Of a stretch of 64,000 nt of DNA, positions 54,022 to 63,600 are shown piece after piece. The notes beneath the pieces were generated by a model that saw only the letters and a list, made by a program, of their open reading frames with translations, did not search any database and was not told the DNA's origin. The DNA is from an uncultured Bifidobacterium sp. (GTDB lineage: Bacteria > Actinomycetota > Acidimicrobiia > Acidimicrobiales > Ilumatobacteraceae), in contig CAZIME010000003.1 in NCBI GenBank assembly GCA_964540395.1, positions 11,800 to 75,799 on the forward strand, read 5' to 3'. Position numbers and translations under genes: made by a program. The number at the start of each line of letters is the position of its first letter. The first letter of the stretch is position 1.

Positions 54022-56148
54022 CTACCGCACCTGCGTGCGCACGACCCACTCGTGCAACTGCCGCTGGGCGTCGTTCGTTCCGCCGTGCTCACCGACGAGA
54101 CGCCACGAGTCGTCGGGGTTGAGTCGGTAATGCACGTTTCCGTCGTCAAGAAGGAAGCCGAGCACAGTGTCGAGCCAGGCGCGGTGTTTCGGGTGCGTGA
54201 GACGCACGAGTGTCTCGATGCGTCCGTCGAGATTGCGACTCATGAGGTCGGCGGAACCGATGAGATGCAGTGGTTCACCATCGGTGTGCCCGTGCTCGAA
54301 GCGGTAGATCCGTGAGTGCTCGAGGTAACGACCGAGGATCGAACGCACGGTGACGTTCTCCGACATCCCTGCGATGCCGGGTCGCACGGAGCAGATCCCG
54401 CGGACGATGAGGTTGATCCGAACACCCGCATTGCTCGCCGAATAGAGAGCTTCGATGACGTCGGGTTCCTGGATCGCATTCAGCTTCAGCGTGATACGTC
54501 CGGCATCGCCGTACGACGCCTCTTTGTATATGAGGTCGACGATCCGTGACTTCATTTGGTGCGGAGCGACGAGCAACTCCTCGTAGCGGGGTTCACGTCC
54601 GTAGCCGGTGAGGTAGTTGAAGAGTTCCGTTGCGTCGCGTCCGACATGGTCCTCGCACGTGAAGAAACCGATGTCCTCGTACACCTTCGCGGTCGTCGAG
54701 TTGTAGTTTCCGGTCGCGAGGTGGACGTACCGCTTCATGCCGGTCGGTTCGTCGCGCACGACGAGGATGCACTTCGCATGCGTCTTCAGACCGACGAGAC
54801 CGTACGTGACGTGGACGCCCGAGTACTCGAGCTCGCGTGCCCACGACACGTTGCGCGCCTCGTCGAATCGTGCCTTCAGTTCGAGTACCACGGCAACTTG
54901 TTTTCCCGCTTCGGCGGCTGCGATGAGGTGTCGCGCGACCGCGCTGTCACCCGACGTGCGGTACAGGGTCATCTTGATCGAGAGGACCTTCGGATCGCGT
55001 GCCGCCTGTTCGACGAATGCCTCCGTCGAGGATGCGAAAGACTCGTAGGGGTGATGGACGAGCAGCTGGCGTGCAGTGATGACGTCGAAGATGCTCCTCC
55101 CCGAGTCGTGCGCAGCGACGAGACGCCCCGCGGTGACGGAGGTCCACGGTTCGTAGCGCAGCCGCGGAACGTCGAGGTTCGACAATTGCTGCAGCAGTGT
55201 GAGGTCGATCCACGAGCGGTGCCGGATGACGTCGACGGGCTGGAGTTCGAGCTCGTCGAGGAGCAACTCGAGTACGCGCGCCGGCATCGACTCCTCTACT
55301 TCGAGACGCACGGCACGGCCGAAGCGGCGGCGGCGCAGCTCCAACTCGACTGCGGCGAGGAGATCCTCGGCGTCCTCGTCGTCGAGGCTGAGGTCGGCAT
55401 TGCGCGTCACCCGGAACCTCGAGACGCTCTCGACGTTCATGCCGGGGAACAGGCGGCCGAGATGCGCCGCGATGACGTCCTCGAGCAGGACGAATTCACC
55501 CGACGATGCGGTGAGCAGGCGCGGAAAGTTGCGTGGCACCTTCAGTCGTGCAAATCCCTCGCGACCCGTGTCGGGGTCGCGCAGGAGTACGGCGAGGTTG
55601 AGAGCGAGATTCGAGATATAGGGAAATGGGTGCGACGGATCGACGGCGAGCGGCGTGAGAACGGGGAAGATGCGCGCCTCGAAGTCGGCGGACAACTCGT
55701 CGCGCGAGCGGCGCGACAGCTTCGACCATGCGACGATTCGAATTCCCTCCGCGTCGAGCGTCGGGCGCAGTACGTCGATGAGCAGACGTTCCTGCTGCTC
55801 GACGAACCATTGCACTCGTGAGGCAATCTCGCGGATCTGCTGCGCGGGCGAGCGACCGTCGGGACTCCGCGTCGCAACATCGCCGGCCACCTGATCCTTC
55901 AGTGCTGCGACGCGGATTTGGTAGAACTCGTCGAGATTCGAGGCGGATATCGCAACGAACCTGCACCGCTCGAGCAGGGGTACTCCGTCGCTCGACGCGA
56001 GGGTGAGTACACGCTCGTTGAAGTCGAGCCAACTCAGTTCACGATTGATGTATCGGGACTCGATGGGCTCAAGGTACCGAGGTGGAGCCGCCGCGGACCC
56101 GGAATTGCGCGATACTTTGCGAGACTTCATCCGCCGTTCACCGCTCAT
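54022..56148 (-). CDS. ppk: Polyphosphate kinase 1
   Basis: 708 aa. It has YINRELSWLDFNERVL and two PLD-like HKD regions (LKTHAKCILV). An alternative ATG ends at 56130. Confidence 0.93.
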   Translation of the reverse strand: MSGERRMKSRKVSRNSGSAAAPPRYLEPIESRYINRELSWLDFNERVLTLASSDGVPLLERCRFVAISASNLDEFYQIRVAALKDQVAGDVATRSPDGRSPAQQIREIASRVQWFVEQQERLLIDVLRPTLDAEGIRIVAWSKLSRRSRDELSADFEARIFPVLTPLAVDPSHPFPYISNLALNLAVLLRDPDTGREGFARLKVPRNFPRLLTASSGEFVLLEDVIAAHLGRLFPGMNVESVSRFRVTRNADLSLDDEDAEDLLAAVELELRRRRFGRAVRLEVEESMPARVLELLLDELELQPVDVIRHRSWIDLTLLQQLSNLDVPRLRYEPWTSVTAGRLVAAHDSGRSIFDVITARQLLVHHPYESFASSTEAFVEQAARDPKVLSIKMTLYRTSGDSAVARHLIAAAEAGKQVAVVLELKARFDEARNVSWARELEYSGVHVTYGLVGLKTHAKCILVVRDEPTGMKRYVHLATGNYNSTTAKVYEDIGFFTCEDHVGRDATELFNYLTGYGREPRYEELLVAPHQMKSRIVDLIYKEASYGDAGRITLKLNAIQEPDVIEALYSASNAGVRINLIVRGICSVRPGIAGMSENVTVRSILGRYLEHSRIYRFEHGHTDGEPLHLIGSADLMSRNLDGRIETLVRLTHPKHRAWLDTVLGFLLDDGNVHYRLNPDDSWRLVGEHGGTNDAQRQLHEWVVRTQVR

Positions 56149-56221
56149 TGGTGTGCACGTCTTCCCGATGTCATTTCCGCGGAACGCACCGTGTACGTGG
56201 GGTGCGTCGCGGCGGCAAGTC

Positions 56222-56485
56222 CTACGAGTTCACCTCTGCCGGGAACCACTCGACACTGATGTTCTCGCGCAATGCATCGCCGTTGATCCGCTCGCGGTTG
56301 CGACGGAACTGCGAATCCTTCCATGGGATGAAGGCAAGTCGGGCAAGTACGCGAGCCTGGAACTCCTCGAGCACCGAACGATCGCCGTAGTCGCCGATGA
56401 CCTCCCAATGGGGGTACACGGGTCCGACGTACGTGATCCGGACGTGCGCCCGGGGCGGTTCCTTGTGCGTGGTGACGTCGGACAT
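56222..56485 (-). CDS. Hypothetical protein (87 aa)
   Basis: Protein-like composition (MSDVTTHKEPPRAHVRITYVGPVYPHWEVIGDYGDRSVLEEF...). It is co-directional with ppk1, 73 nt upstream. No family recognised. Confidence 0.45.
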   Translation of the reverse strand: MSDVTTHKEPPRAHVRITYVGPVYPHWEVIGDYGDRSVLEEFQARVLARLAFIPWKDSQFRRNRERINGDALRENISVEWFPAEVNS

Positions 56486-56609
56486 TGCGACCTCCAGGCG
56501 TTGCAGGCTATCGCTGTCCCGACTACTTCACGGTGGCCGCGTCTGTTGCTGATGCGGTCCGCGACGATACCCGCAAGAAGAGCCTGCAGAAGTGCTGGAA
56601 TGAAGGCCG

Positions 56610-58151
56610 ATGTCCGACCTCATCGCCGCACTCGACGTGGGAACGAACAGTTTCCACCTCGTCGTCGCCAAGCCGACGTCAACCGGCTTCGAAGTGGTGA
56701 CCCGTGAACGCGAGGTCATCCGTCTGGGTCGCGGCGGCGGGGACATGAAGGAGATCTCCGACGACGCCATGGATCGTGGTGTGCGCAGTCTCGTGCGCAT
56801 GCACGAGATCGCCGACTCACACGGGGCGATGTTGCGCGCCGTGGCAACGAGTGCCGTGCGCGAGGCGACGAACCGCGGCGACTTCATCAGGCGTGCACGC
56901 AAGGAGGCCGGCGTCGATCTCGAGGTGGTCTCGGGAACCGAGGAGGCCCGCCTCATTCACCTCGGTGTGCTCAATGCAATCGGCGTCCATGATCAGGTGA
57001 TGTTCATGTGCGACATCGGTGGCGGATCCACCGAGATCGTCGTCGGACTCGACGATGAAGTGATGTTCGCCCGCAGCTTCAAGGTCGGCGCCGTTCGTCT
57101 CACCGATCGCTTCTTCACCCACGAGACGCTGCATCCGAGTGCGGTGTCGAGTTGCCGACAATTCGTGCGCTCGACGTTTTCGGTCGTTGCGCCCGAAGTG
57201 CGCGGTCTCGGTTTCCAGGTAGCCGCCGCTTCGTCGGGTACGGCGGAGACGGTTGCGAGGCTCGTCATCCGCGAGCGGGGAATCGACGAACCCCGTTCGC
57301 TCAACCGCTTCGACTTCTCCGCCGACGAGGTGCGCCGCGTCGTCGAACGTCTCTACTCGGTACCGACGGTCGACGAGCGTCAGGCGATATTCGGGCTCGA
57401 CCGCAGCAGGGCCGAGATCATCCTCGCCGGCGCACTCATCCTCGAATCGGTCACCGAGATTTTCGGTGTCACGACACTCACGTTCTCCGACTATGCGTTG
57501 CGCGAAGGAGTCCTGTTCGACACCCTCCGTCGTGACGGTCGGATCGTCGTCGCCGACGAGGACGATGCCGCACGACGCAGCGTGCATCAACTCGCGGAAC
57601 GCTGCGACGATCGTCCGGACCATTCTCAGCACGTTGCACGTTTGGCAGGTGACTTGTTCGACCAGTTGTTCGCACCGCTGCGTCTCAGTTCCCAATGGCG
57701 CCGTTACCTCGAATTTGCCGCGCTTCTCGCCAACGTCGGGGTGGTCGTCGCGCACGCCAAGCACCACCTTCACTCGTATTACGTCATCCGCAACTCGGAA
57801 CTCGTCGGTCTCACCGACCGTGAAATCGAGATCGTCGCCCAGATCGCCCGGTACCACCGCAAGAGCGTCCCGAAGGAATCACACCCCGAATTCCTCGCCC
57901 TGTCCGAGTCCGATCGCTACGTCGTGCGGTCGATGGCCGCGATCCTGCGCATCGCCATCGGACTCGATCGCACCCAGGACGGCAGGGTGAAGTCGGCATT
58001 GGTATCGACCGGCGACGACACGATCACGATTTCACTCCGTGCCACCGGCAGGAAGCGTGGTGAACTCGGACTGAACGTCTACGCGGCCAATGAACGCAAG
58101 GGTTTGCTCGCCGACATCAGCGGGAGCAAGGTGAAGATCGTCGAGGAATGA
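56610..58151 (+). CDS. ppx: Exopolyphosphatase / pppGpp phosphohydrolase (Ppx/GppA) with HD domain
   Basis: 513 aa. Motifs are IAALDVGTNSFHLVV and DIGGGSTE. The C-terminal HD region is HAKHHLHSYYVI. Confidence 0.9.
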   Translation: MSDLIAALDVGTNSFHLVVAKPTSTGFEVVTREREVIRLGRGGGDMKEISDDAMDRGVRSLVRMHEIADSHGAMLRAVATSAVREATNRGDFIRRARKEAGVDLEVVSGTEEARLIHLGVLNAIGVHDQVMFMCDIGGGSTEIVVGLDDEVMFARSFKVGAVRLTDRFFTHETLHPSAVSSCRQFVRSTFSVVAPEVRGLGFQVAAASSGTAETVARLVIRERGIDEPRSLNRFDFSADEVRRVVERLYSVPTVDERQAIFGLDRSRAEIILAGALILESVTEIFGVTTLTFSDYALREGVLFDTLRRDGRIVVADEDDAARRSVHQLAERCDDRPDHSQHVARLAGDLFDQLFAPLRLSSQWRRYLEFAALLANVGVVVAHAKHHLHSYYVIRNSELVGLTDREIEIVAQIARYHRKSVPKESHPEFLALSESDRYVVRSMAAILRIAIGLDRTQDGRVKSALVSTGDDTITISLRATGRKRGELGLNVYAANERKGLLADISGSKVKIVEE

Positions 58152-58154
58152 CGA

Positions 58155-58361
58155 TCAGGAGTGCGAGGACCCCGAGTCGTCCTTCGATGCCTCGTTCTTC
58201 ACGCCCTCGGCCTTCTTCGCCTCGGCATTGCCCTCGGCGAGACCCTTGCGCAACTCACCCTGAGCGCGGCCGAGGTTGCGTGCGATCTTCGGCAGTCGCG
58301 AACCGCCGAACAATAGAACGATGACACCGATGATGATCCACAGTTCGATTCCGCTGGGCAT
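58155..58361 (-). CDS. tatA: Sec-independent translocase subunit TatA/E
   Basis: 68 aa beginning MPSGIELWIIIGVIVLLFGGSRLPKIARNLG. Confidence 0.9.
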   Translation of the reverse strand: MPSGIELWIIIGVIVLLFGGSRLPKIARNLGRAQGELRKGLAEGNAEAKKAEGVKNEASKDDSGSSHS

Positions 58362-58387
58362 GGCGTCACCCTAACAGGGCTGGTGAG

Positions 58388-58666
58388 TTACGCAGTCGCG
58401 ATGACGCGCGTGGCCTGCGCACGCTGACGACGCAAGCGGCGTCGTTCGCGTTCCGACAACCCGCCCCAAATGCCGAACTTTTCACCGTTCTCGAGGGCGT
58501 AATCAAGGCACTGCTGTCGCACTTCGCAGCCACGACATACTTCCTTCGCTTCGCGCGTCGATGCGCCGCGCTCGGGGAAGAACAAATCGGGGTCGACACC
58601 GAGGCAATTCGCCCGGTCCTGCCACGAGCGATCCTCGCTCGCAGGCAACAGTTCACTCTCTTTCAC
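58388..58666 (-). CDS. whiB: WhiB-family transcription factor (WhiB/WhiB2-like)
   Basis: 92 aa. The four Cys are in ANCLGVDPDLFFPERGASTREAKEVCRGCEVRQQC, followed by FGIWGGLSERERRRL. Confidence 0.9.
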   Translation of the reverse strand: MKESELLPASEDRSWQDRANCLGVDPDLFFPERGASTREAKEVCRGCEVRQQCLDYALENGEKFGIWGGLSERERRRLRRQRAQATRVIATA

Positions 58667-58768
58667 GTACGGAACCTCTTTCCCCCCGAACTACAGCGAT
58701 GTCATTCTGACAGAAAGTTAACTCCGAATGCAAATAGGACGCCCGTGATCGTCGAGGGGATCCGATGA

Positions 58769-60748
58769 TCACCCTGCACGTCGTGACGACCGGCGGGACC
58801 TCTCGTGGCGCTTGCCGTCGAGGAAGTCGATGAGCACGTACTCACCGAGTGTGTCGGGGGAGGCGAAGAAGGCGCGGCCGCCGTTGAACCGGGCCATCTT
58901 TTCGATGAAGTCGCGTAGTGCGGTCGTCGCATCGAGCATGAAGGTGTTGATACGGATGCCCTCACGGGTGCACCGTGCCACTTCGCGCATCGTCGCTTCG
59001 ACGGTCTCGTACACCGGCGGATAGTGGAAGAACACCTCGCCATCATCCATGACGTGGGCCGTCGGCTCGCCGTCGGTGATCATGACGATCTGGCGGGTTC
59101 CGGGCTTGCCCGCGAGCAGTTGCCGGGCGAGGCGCAGACCATGCTGCATGTTCGTGCCGTACACGAAATCCCAGGAAACCGCGGGCAAGTCGACCGGGTT
59201 GAGGACCCGCGCAACTTCGCTGAACCCGACGATTCCGAGGTAATCGCGCGGAAAACGGGATGTGATGAGCGCGTGGAGGGCGACTGCCACCTTCTTCGCC
59301 GGAAGGAAGTTGTCACGCATCGGCATCGACAGCGAGAGGTCGACCATGAGCACGGTCGACGAACGCGTCTGGTGTTCCGTGCGCTCGACTTCGAAATCGT
59401 CGGGATGGAGTTCGATCGGCACACCGGCGCCTCCCCTGCGCAACGAATTGCGCAATGTCGTGCGCAAATCGAGGTGGAATGGATCGCCGAACTCGTAGGG
59501 CTTGGTGTCCTCGGCGCGCTCGAGCCCCGTGCCGAGTTCGTCGAGTCGGTGACCCCCGAAGACGTCCCGACCGAGCCGACCGAAGATCTCGCGCAGGGCA
59601 TTGTTCCCGATCTGTCGAAGGCCCCGGGCGGTGAGTTCGAGACGACCCTCGGTCGTGTCGATGAGACCTGCCTCGGCAAGCGACTCCGCGAGTCCGGCAA
59701 GACGGCGCAAGGAATCGGCGGAGTCTTCACCGAGATGTCGGGCAACGGCCTCGAGGTCGACGTCGGCGAGCTGGCCCGGAGCAGCTGCCCGGGACAGGAA
59801 CGCCTCGAGGTCCTCCAGCCGGGCCATCTCTTCGGCCGCCCGTAGCGCGTCGCGCATCGACAGCGGGTCGCCTCCGCTGAACTCGGCGGCGTCGTTCCAA
59901 CCGAGATTCGGATACATCGCCTGGAGGTTTTCCGCCAGTTGGTCCATCTGCCAGCGCAGGTCCATGTCGCCGAGGAGCTCGTTCGACAGGGCCTCGAGCT
60001 GCGCGCGTTGCTCGGGCGACATCGCGTTGAGCACGGACCGCGCCGCAGCCATTCGGCGGGCGAGCAACTCGAGCAGATCGTCGATGTTGGCAGGGTTTTC
60101 CGGGAAATGCGCCCCGAAGCGTTCCATGAACGCCTCGAACTGTGGGTCTTCTCCGCGGCCGTGTCGGGCGAGCATCTCGTTGAGCGCGGCGAGCATGTCC
60201 TTGATCTCTGCGAGCTGCACATCGTCGAGCTGCTGCATCGCCCCGGAAATCTGATCGACGTGGCGCTGCATGATCTGTTCGCGAACGTCGCTGAGCAGCG
60301 CCTCGAAGCGTCGTCGCGCATCGTCGGAGACGAAGTCGTAGCCCCGCAGTTCCTCGATTCTTGCGGCGAGCGGATCAGGCAACAGGTCGAGTTGCAGCGC
60401 CCGGGCATCGGCGCGATCGGCGTCGGTCGGACGCAACCGGTCGAGTGCCAGCCGCTCCTCGTCGAGGATGTCGTTGAGTTGCTCGTTGAGTCGGGTGAAC
60501 ATCCCGCCGGGGTCGCCCTTTGCGAGTTCGGCACGTCTTTGCCGCAGCCGCTCAATCATCGAGCGCAGCCCTTCGATGTTGCGGCCGTCGCCCCGGTCGA
60601 GTCCACCGTGCATGATCCGTCTCAGGGCGGCGGCAACGTCACCGTGGTGGATGACCTCGTCGGTGATCTCGGCGAGGAGATGATCAGAGTCGGGGGCAAG
60701 TACGCGCTGTGTGCCGTCCCATCGTGAATACGTGAATCGGCGTCCCAC
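58769..60748 (-). CDS. VWA domain protein with a long helical N-terminal region
   Basis: 659 aa. The C-terminal VWA has the MIDAS motif VLMVDLSLSM. It is the partner of the AAA+ gene at 61367-62821. Confidence 0.8.
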   Translation of the reverse strand: MGRRFTYSRWDGTQRVLAPDSDHLLAEITDEVIHHGDVAAALRRIMHGGLDRGDGRNIEGLRSMIERLRQRRAELAKGDPGGMFTRLNEQLNDILDEERLALDRLRPTDADRADARALQLDLLPDPLAARIEELRGYDFVSDDARRRFEALLSDVREQIMQRHVDQISGAMQQLDDVQLAEIKDMLAALNEMLARHGRGEDPQFEAFMERFGAHFPENPANIDDLLELLARRMAAARSVLNAMSPEQRAQLEALSNELLGDMDLRWQMDQLAENLQAMYPNLGWNDAAEFSGGDPLSMRDALRAAEEMARLEDLEAFLSRAAAPGQLADVDLEAVARHLGEDSADSLRRLAGLAESLAEAGLIDTTEGRLELTARGLRQIGNNALREIFGRLGRDVFGGHRLDELGTGLERAEDTKPYEFGDPFHLDLRTTLRNSLRRGGAGVPIELHPDDFEVERTEHQTRSSTVLMVDLSLSMPMRDNFLPAKKVAVALHALITSRFPRDYLGIVGFSEVARVLNPVDLPAVSWDFVYGTNMQHGLRLARQLLAGKPGTRQIVMITDGEPTAHVMDDGEVFFHYPPVYETVEATMREVARCTREGIRINTFMLDATTALRDFIEKMARFNGGRAFFASPDTLGEYVLIDFLDGKRHERSRRSSRRAG

Positions 60749-60774
60749 GGCTGAACCGTAGCATTGGTCACACC

Positions 60775-61326
60775 ATGAGGTTCCCGCGCACGATCATTTT
60801 CGTCGACCTCTCCGGCTTCACGGAATACATCGAAACGCGCGGCGACGAGGCGGCGGTCGAACTGCTCCACCGCTTCCGACGCATCGCCCGCGACCTCGCA
60901 GCCGAGCTCGGCGTGCGCATCGACAAGTTTCTCGGCGACGGTTTCATGGCGATCTCCGTCGAGCCGGACAGCGGCATCGTGTTCGCCACCGAACTGCGCC
61001 GCCGTACCGCGGGCGAACTGTCACCGCTGAAATTGCGCATCGGCATCGCGTCCGGCGACACGATGCTCTTCGACGGCGACGACTACATCGGCACGGCACC
61101 GAATCTTGCCGCGCGTCTGTGCGACGAGGCGACCGACTTCGGCATCCTCATTCCCACCGATCAAACGGCTTCCTTGCCGCGCGGAGTGCGCGCCGAGCCG
61201 ATCGGCAAGTTGCGGTTGCGCGGGTTCCCCCGCCGCATCGCGGTGTCGGCGCTCCGCGGTGACGCCGAGGTGCTCGAACGCAACGACACCGGCGAGTTGT
61301 GGACGCGCGCACCGTTCCCGGTGTGA
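60775..61326 (+). CDS. Minimal class III adenylate/guanylate cyclase (catalytic domain only)
   Basis: 183 aa. Motifs are IIFVDLSGFT, KFLGDGFMAI, IGIASGD and YIGTAPNLAARL. Confidence 0.8.
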   Translation: MRFPRTIIFVDLSGFTEYIETRGDEAAVELLHRFRRIARDLAAELGVRIDKFLGDGFMAISVEPDSGIVFATELRRRTAGELSPLKLRIGIASGDTMLFDGDDYIGTAPNLAARLCDEATDFGILIPTDQTASLPRGVRAEPIGKLRLRGFPRRIAVSALRGDAEVLERNDTGELWTRAPFPV

Positions 61327-61366
61327 TCACCACGGCAGTTCGCAGCGCTTACCCCGTACGAACGAT

Positions 61367-62821
61367 TCAGCGAGCGGTTCGGGATCGGTAGACGCCGCCG
61401 GCTGACCCGGTCGAGTCCTTGTTCAGACGCTTCGCGAGGTGAAGACCCTCGAGCACGAATTCGACGGCACTCGCCCGCACGGCCGATGATGCGTCGGCGC
61501 CGACGAGCGAGTCGACGACTCCGCTGAACGCGGGAATTGCGGCAGCCTGGGCGACAAGATCGTTTGATGCGACGTCATGACCGGTCGCCGCGGTGAGACC
61601 GTCCTCGAACGCTGCAACGATGTCCCGCGTCGCCGGCGAGGTGACACGTCGCTTGAACACGGCGAGTGTGGCTGCCGCCAGGATCGCCCCGAATACGTCT
61701 CCCTCGCGGTGCTCGTCGATTCCCTCGAACTCGATCTTTCCCGCACTCGACGCGACGAGTGCATCGAGGTCGCTTATTCGCGGTACGACGAGGGACTCAC
61801 CGGCCCGCAGTGCGCGGCGCATTGCACTCGCCACCATCACTTCGCGGTTGCTCACGGTGAGACGGACCGACACGCCGCTGCGCTGGTTGACGTTGTTGTG
61901 CTGCCGCGCCGCCTGACTCATTTCAGCAACGATCTCGTCCATGAAGTCGGGGATCTCCGTCGCGACGTCGCCGACGTCGGGGTCGCGTGCCTCCTGGCGC
62001 ATGATCGCCATCTCGGTGGTGACGTCGAGCGGATAGTGCGTACGGATCTGCGAACCGAACCGGTCCTTGAGTGGCGTGATGATGCGCCCGCGGTTCGTGT
62101 AGTCCTCGGGGTTCGCCGACGCGACGAGAAGGATGTCGAGCGGTAGCCGCACCTTGTAGCCGCGCACCTGGATGTCGCGCTCCTCGAGGACGTTGAGCAG
62201 ACCGACCTGGATGCGCTCGCTGAGATCCGGCAACTCGTTGATGGCGAAGATGCCGCGGTTCGTGCGCGGCACGAGACCGTAGTGAAGCGTGAGTTCGTCG
62301 CTGAGGTACCGACCTTCGGCGACCTTGATCGGATCCACCTCACCGATGAGATCGGCGATCGACGTGTCGGGCGTGGCGAGTTTCTCACCGAAGCGTGCGT
62401 CGCGGTGCACCCATGCAATCGGGGTTGCATCCCCTTTCTGGTTCACGAGGTCACGTGCGTAGCGGGAAACGGGGTGATACGGGTCGTCGTTGATCTCGCT
62501 GCCTTCGACGATCGGCATCCACTCGTCGAGCAGTCCCGTGAGCGACCGAATGATTCGGGTCTTTGCCTGTCCCCGCTCGCCGAGGAAGACGATGTCGTGA
62601 CCGGCAAGAATCGCATTTTCCAGCTGCGGAATGACCGTGTCTTCGTATCCCATCACCCCGGCGACGAGCGGCTCGCCCCGCGTCATGCGCGCAACGGCGT
62701 TCGCACGGATCTCCTCTTTCACGGGTCGTGACATCCATCCGGATGCACGCAGTTCACCGAGGGTGCGAATGGCGGGGGACATGCGCTCAACCATAGGCGT
62801 GGACGACGTACGAAGAACCAT
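61367..62821 (-). CDS. AAA+ ATPase of the ChlI/MoxR-like type
   Basis: The start is ambiguous (ATGs ending at 62821, 62794 or 62782). It has the Walker A FLGERGQAKTR, a Walker-B-like GIFAINELPDL and a sensor region. Confidence 0.78.
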   Translation of the reverse strand: MVLRTSSTPMVERMSPAIRTLGELRASGWMSRPVKEEIRANAVARMTRGEPLVAGVMGYEDTVIPQLENAILAGHDIVFLGERGQAKTRIIRSLTGLLDEWMPIVEGSEINDDPYHPVSRYARDLVNQKGDATPIAWVHRDARFGEKLATPDTSIADLIGEVDPIKVAEGRYLSDELTLHYGLVPRTNRGIFAINELPDLSERIQVGLLNVLEERDIQVRGYKVRLPLDILLVASANPEDYTNRGRIITPLKDRFGSQIRTHYPLDVTTEMAIMRQEARDPDVGDVATEIPDFMDEIVAEMSQAARQHNNVNQRSGVSVRLTVSNREVMVASAMRRALRAGESLVVPRISDLDALVASSAGKIEFEGIDEHREGDVFGAILAAATLAVFKRRVTSPATRDIVAAFEDGLTAATGHDVASNDLVAQAAAIPAFSGVVDSLVGADASSAVRASAVEFVLEGLHLAKRLNKDSTGSAGGVYRSRTAR

Positions 62822-62841
62822 CGCGTCGTTAGCCTGACAAT

Positions 62842-63591
62842 GTGACCCCCACCAACGCATCTTCCTCCACTGCCGCCGCGCGTGCCGAACAGGCGACGAA
62901 GCACTACGGATCCGGCGACAACCTCGTTCGTGCCCTCGACGGAATCGACGTCTCCTTCGAGCGCGGAAAGTTCAGCGCGATCATGGGCCCGAGTGGTTCG
63001 GGCAAGTCGACGCTCATGCACTGCCTCGCCGGGCTCGACTCACTCACGTCGGGTCGGGTATACATCGGCGACGTCGAGCTGTCGGCTCTCAACGACCGCG
63101 AGCTCACGAAGTTGCGTCGCGCCAAGGTCGGGTTCGTCTTCCAGGCGTTCAACCTCATCCCGACGCTCACCGCCGAGGAGAACATCGTCCTTCCGCTCAC
63201 TCTGGGCAACGAACAAGGCGACAAGGAATGGATCGACCGGGTGGTGCGGACCATCTCGCTGCAGGACCGTCTCGATCACCGTCCGAGCGAACTCTCCGGC
63301 GGCCAGCAACAGCGCGTCGCCGTTGCCCGCGCTCTCGCAAGCAAGCCAGAGATCATCTTCGCCGACGAACCCACGGGAAACCTTGACTCGCGCACGGGCG
63401 GCGAGGTGCTGAAGTTCATGCGCCAGGCCGTCGACGAACTCGGACAGACGATCGTCATGGTGACGCACGATGCAGTGGCGGCGAGCTTTGCCGATCGCAT
63501 CGTCTTCCTCGCCGACGGTCGACTCGCCGGTGAACTCCTCGAACCGACTCCCGAGCGCGTCCTCGACCGGTTGAAGAACCTCGGCAGCTGA
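62842..63591 (+). CDS. ABC transporter ATP-binding protein (MacB/LolD/FtsE-like)
   Basis: GTG start. Motifs are GPSGSGKST, LSGGQQQRVAVARAL and IIFADEPTGNLD. Confidence 0.9.
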   Translation: MTPTNASSSTAAARAEQATKHYGSGDNLVRALDGIDVSFERGKFSAIMGPSGSGKSTLMHCLAGLDSLTSGRVYIGDVELSALNDRELTKLRRAKVGFVFQAFNLIPTLTAEENIVLPLTLGNEQGDKEWIDRVVRTISLQDRLDHRPSELSGGQQQRVAVARALASKPEIIFADEPTGNLDSRTGGEVLKFMRQAVDELGQTIVMVTHDAVAASFADRIVFLADGRLAGELLEPTPERVLDRLKNLGS

Positions 63592-63600
63592 GGCACCCCG

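Noticed and set aside
54556-55821. 421-aa plus-strand ORF.
   Set aside because: It is antisense to ppk1.
59080-60555. 491-aa minus-strand ORF in an alternative frame of the VWA gene.
   Set aside because: It is on the same strand but out of frame, with Ser/Arg/Pro-rich junk. The 659-aa frame carries the MIDAS/VWA motifs.
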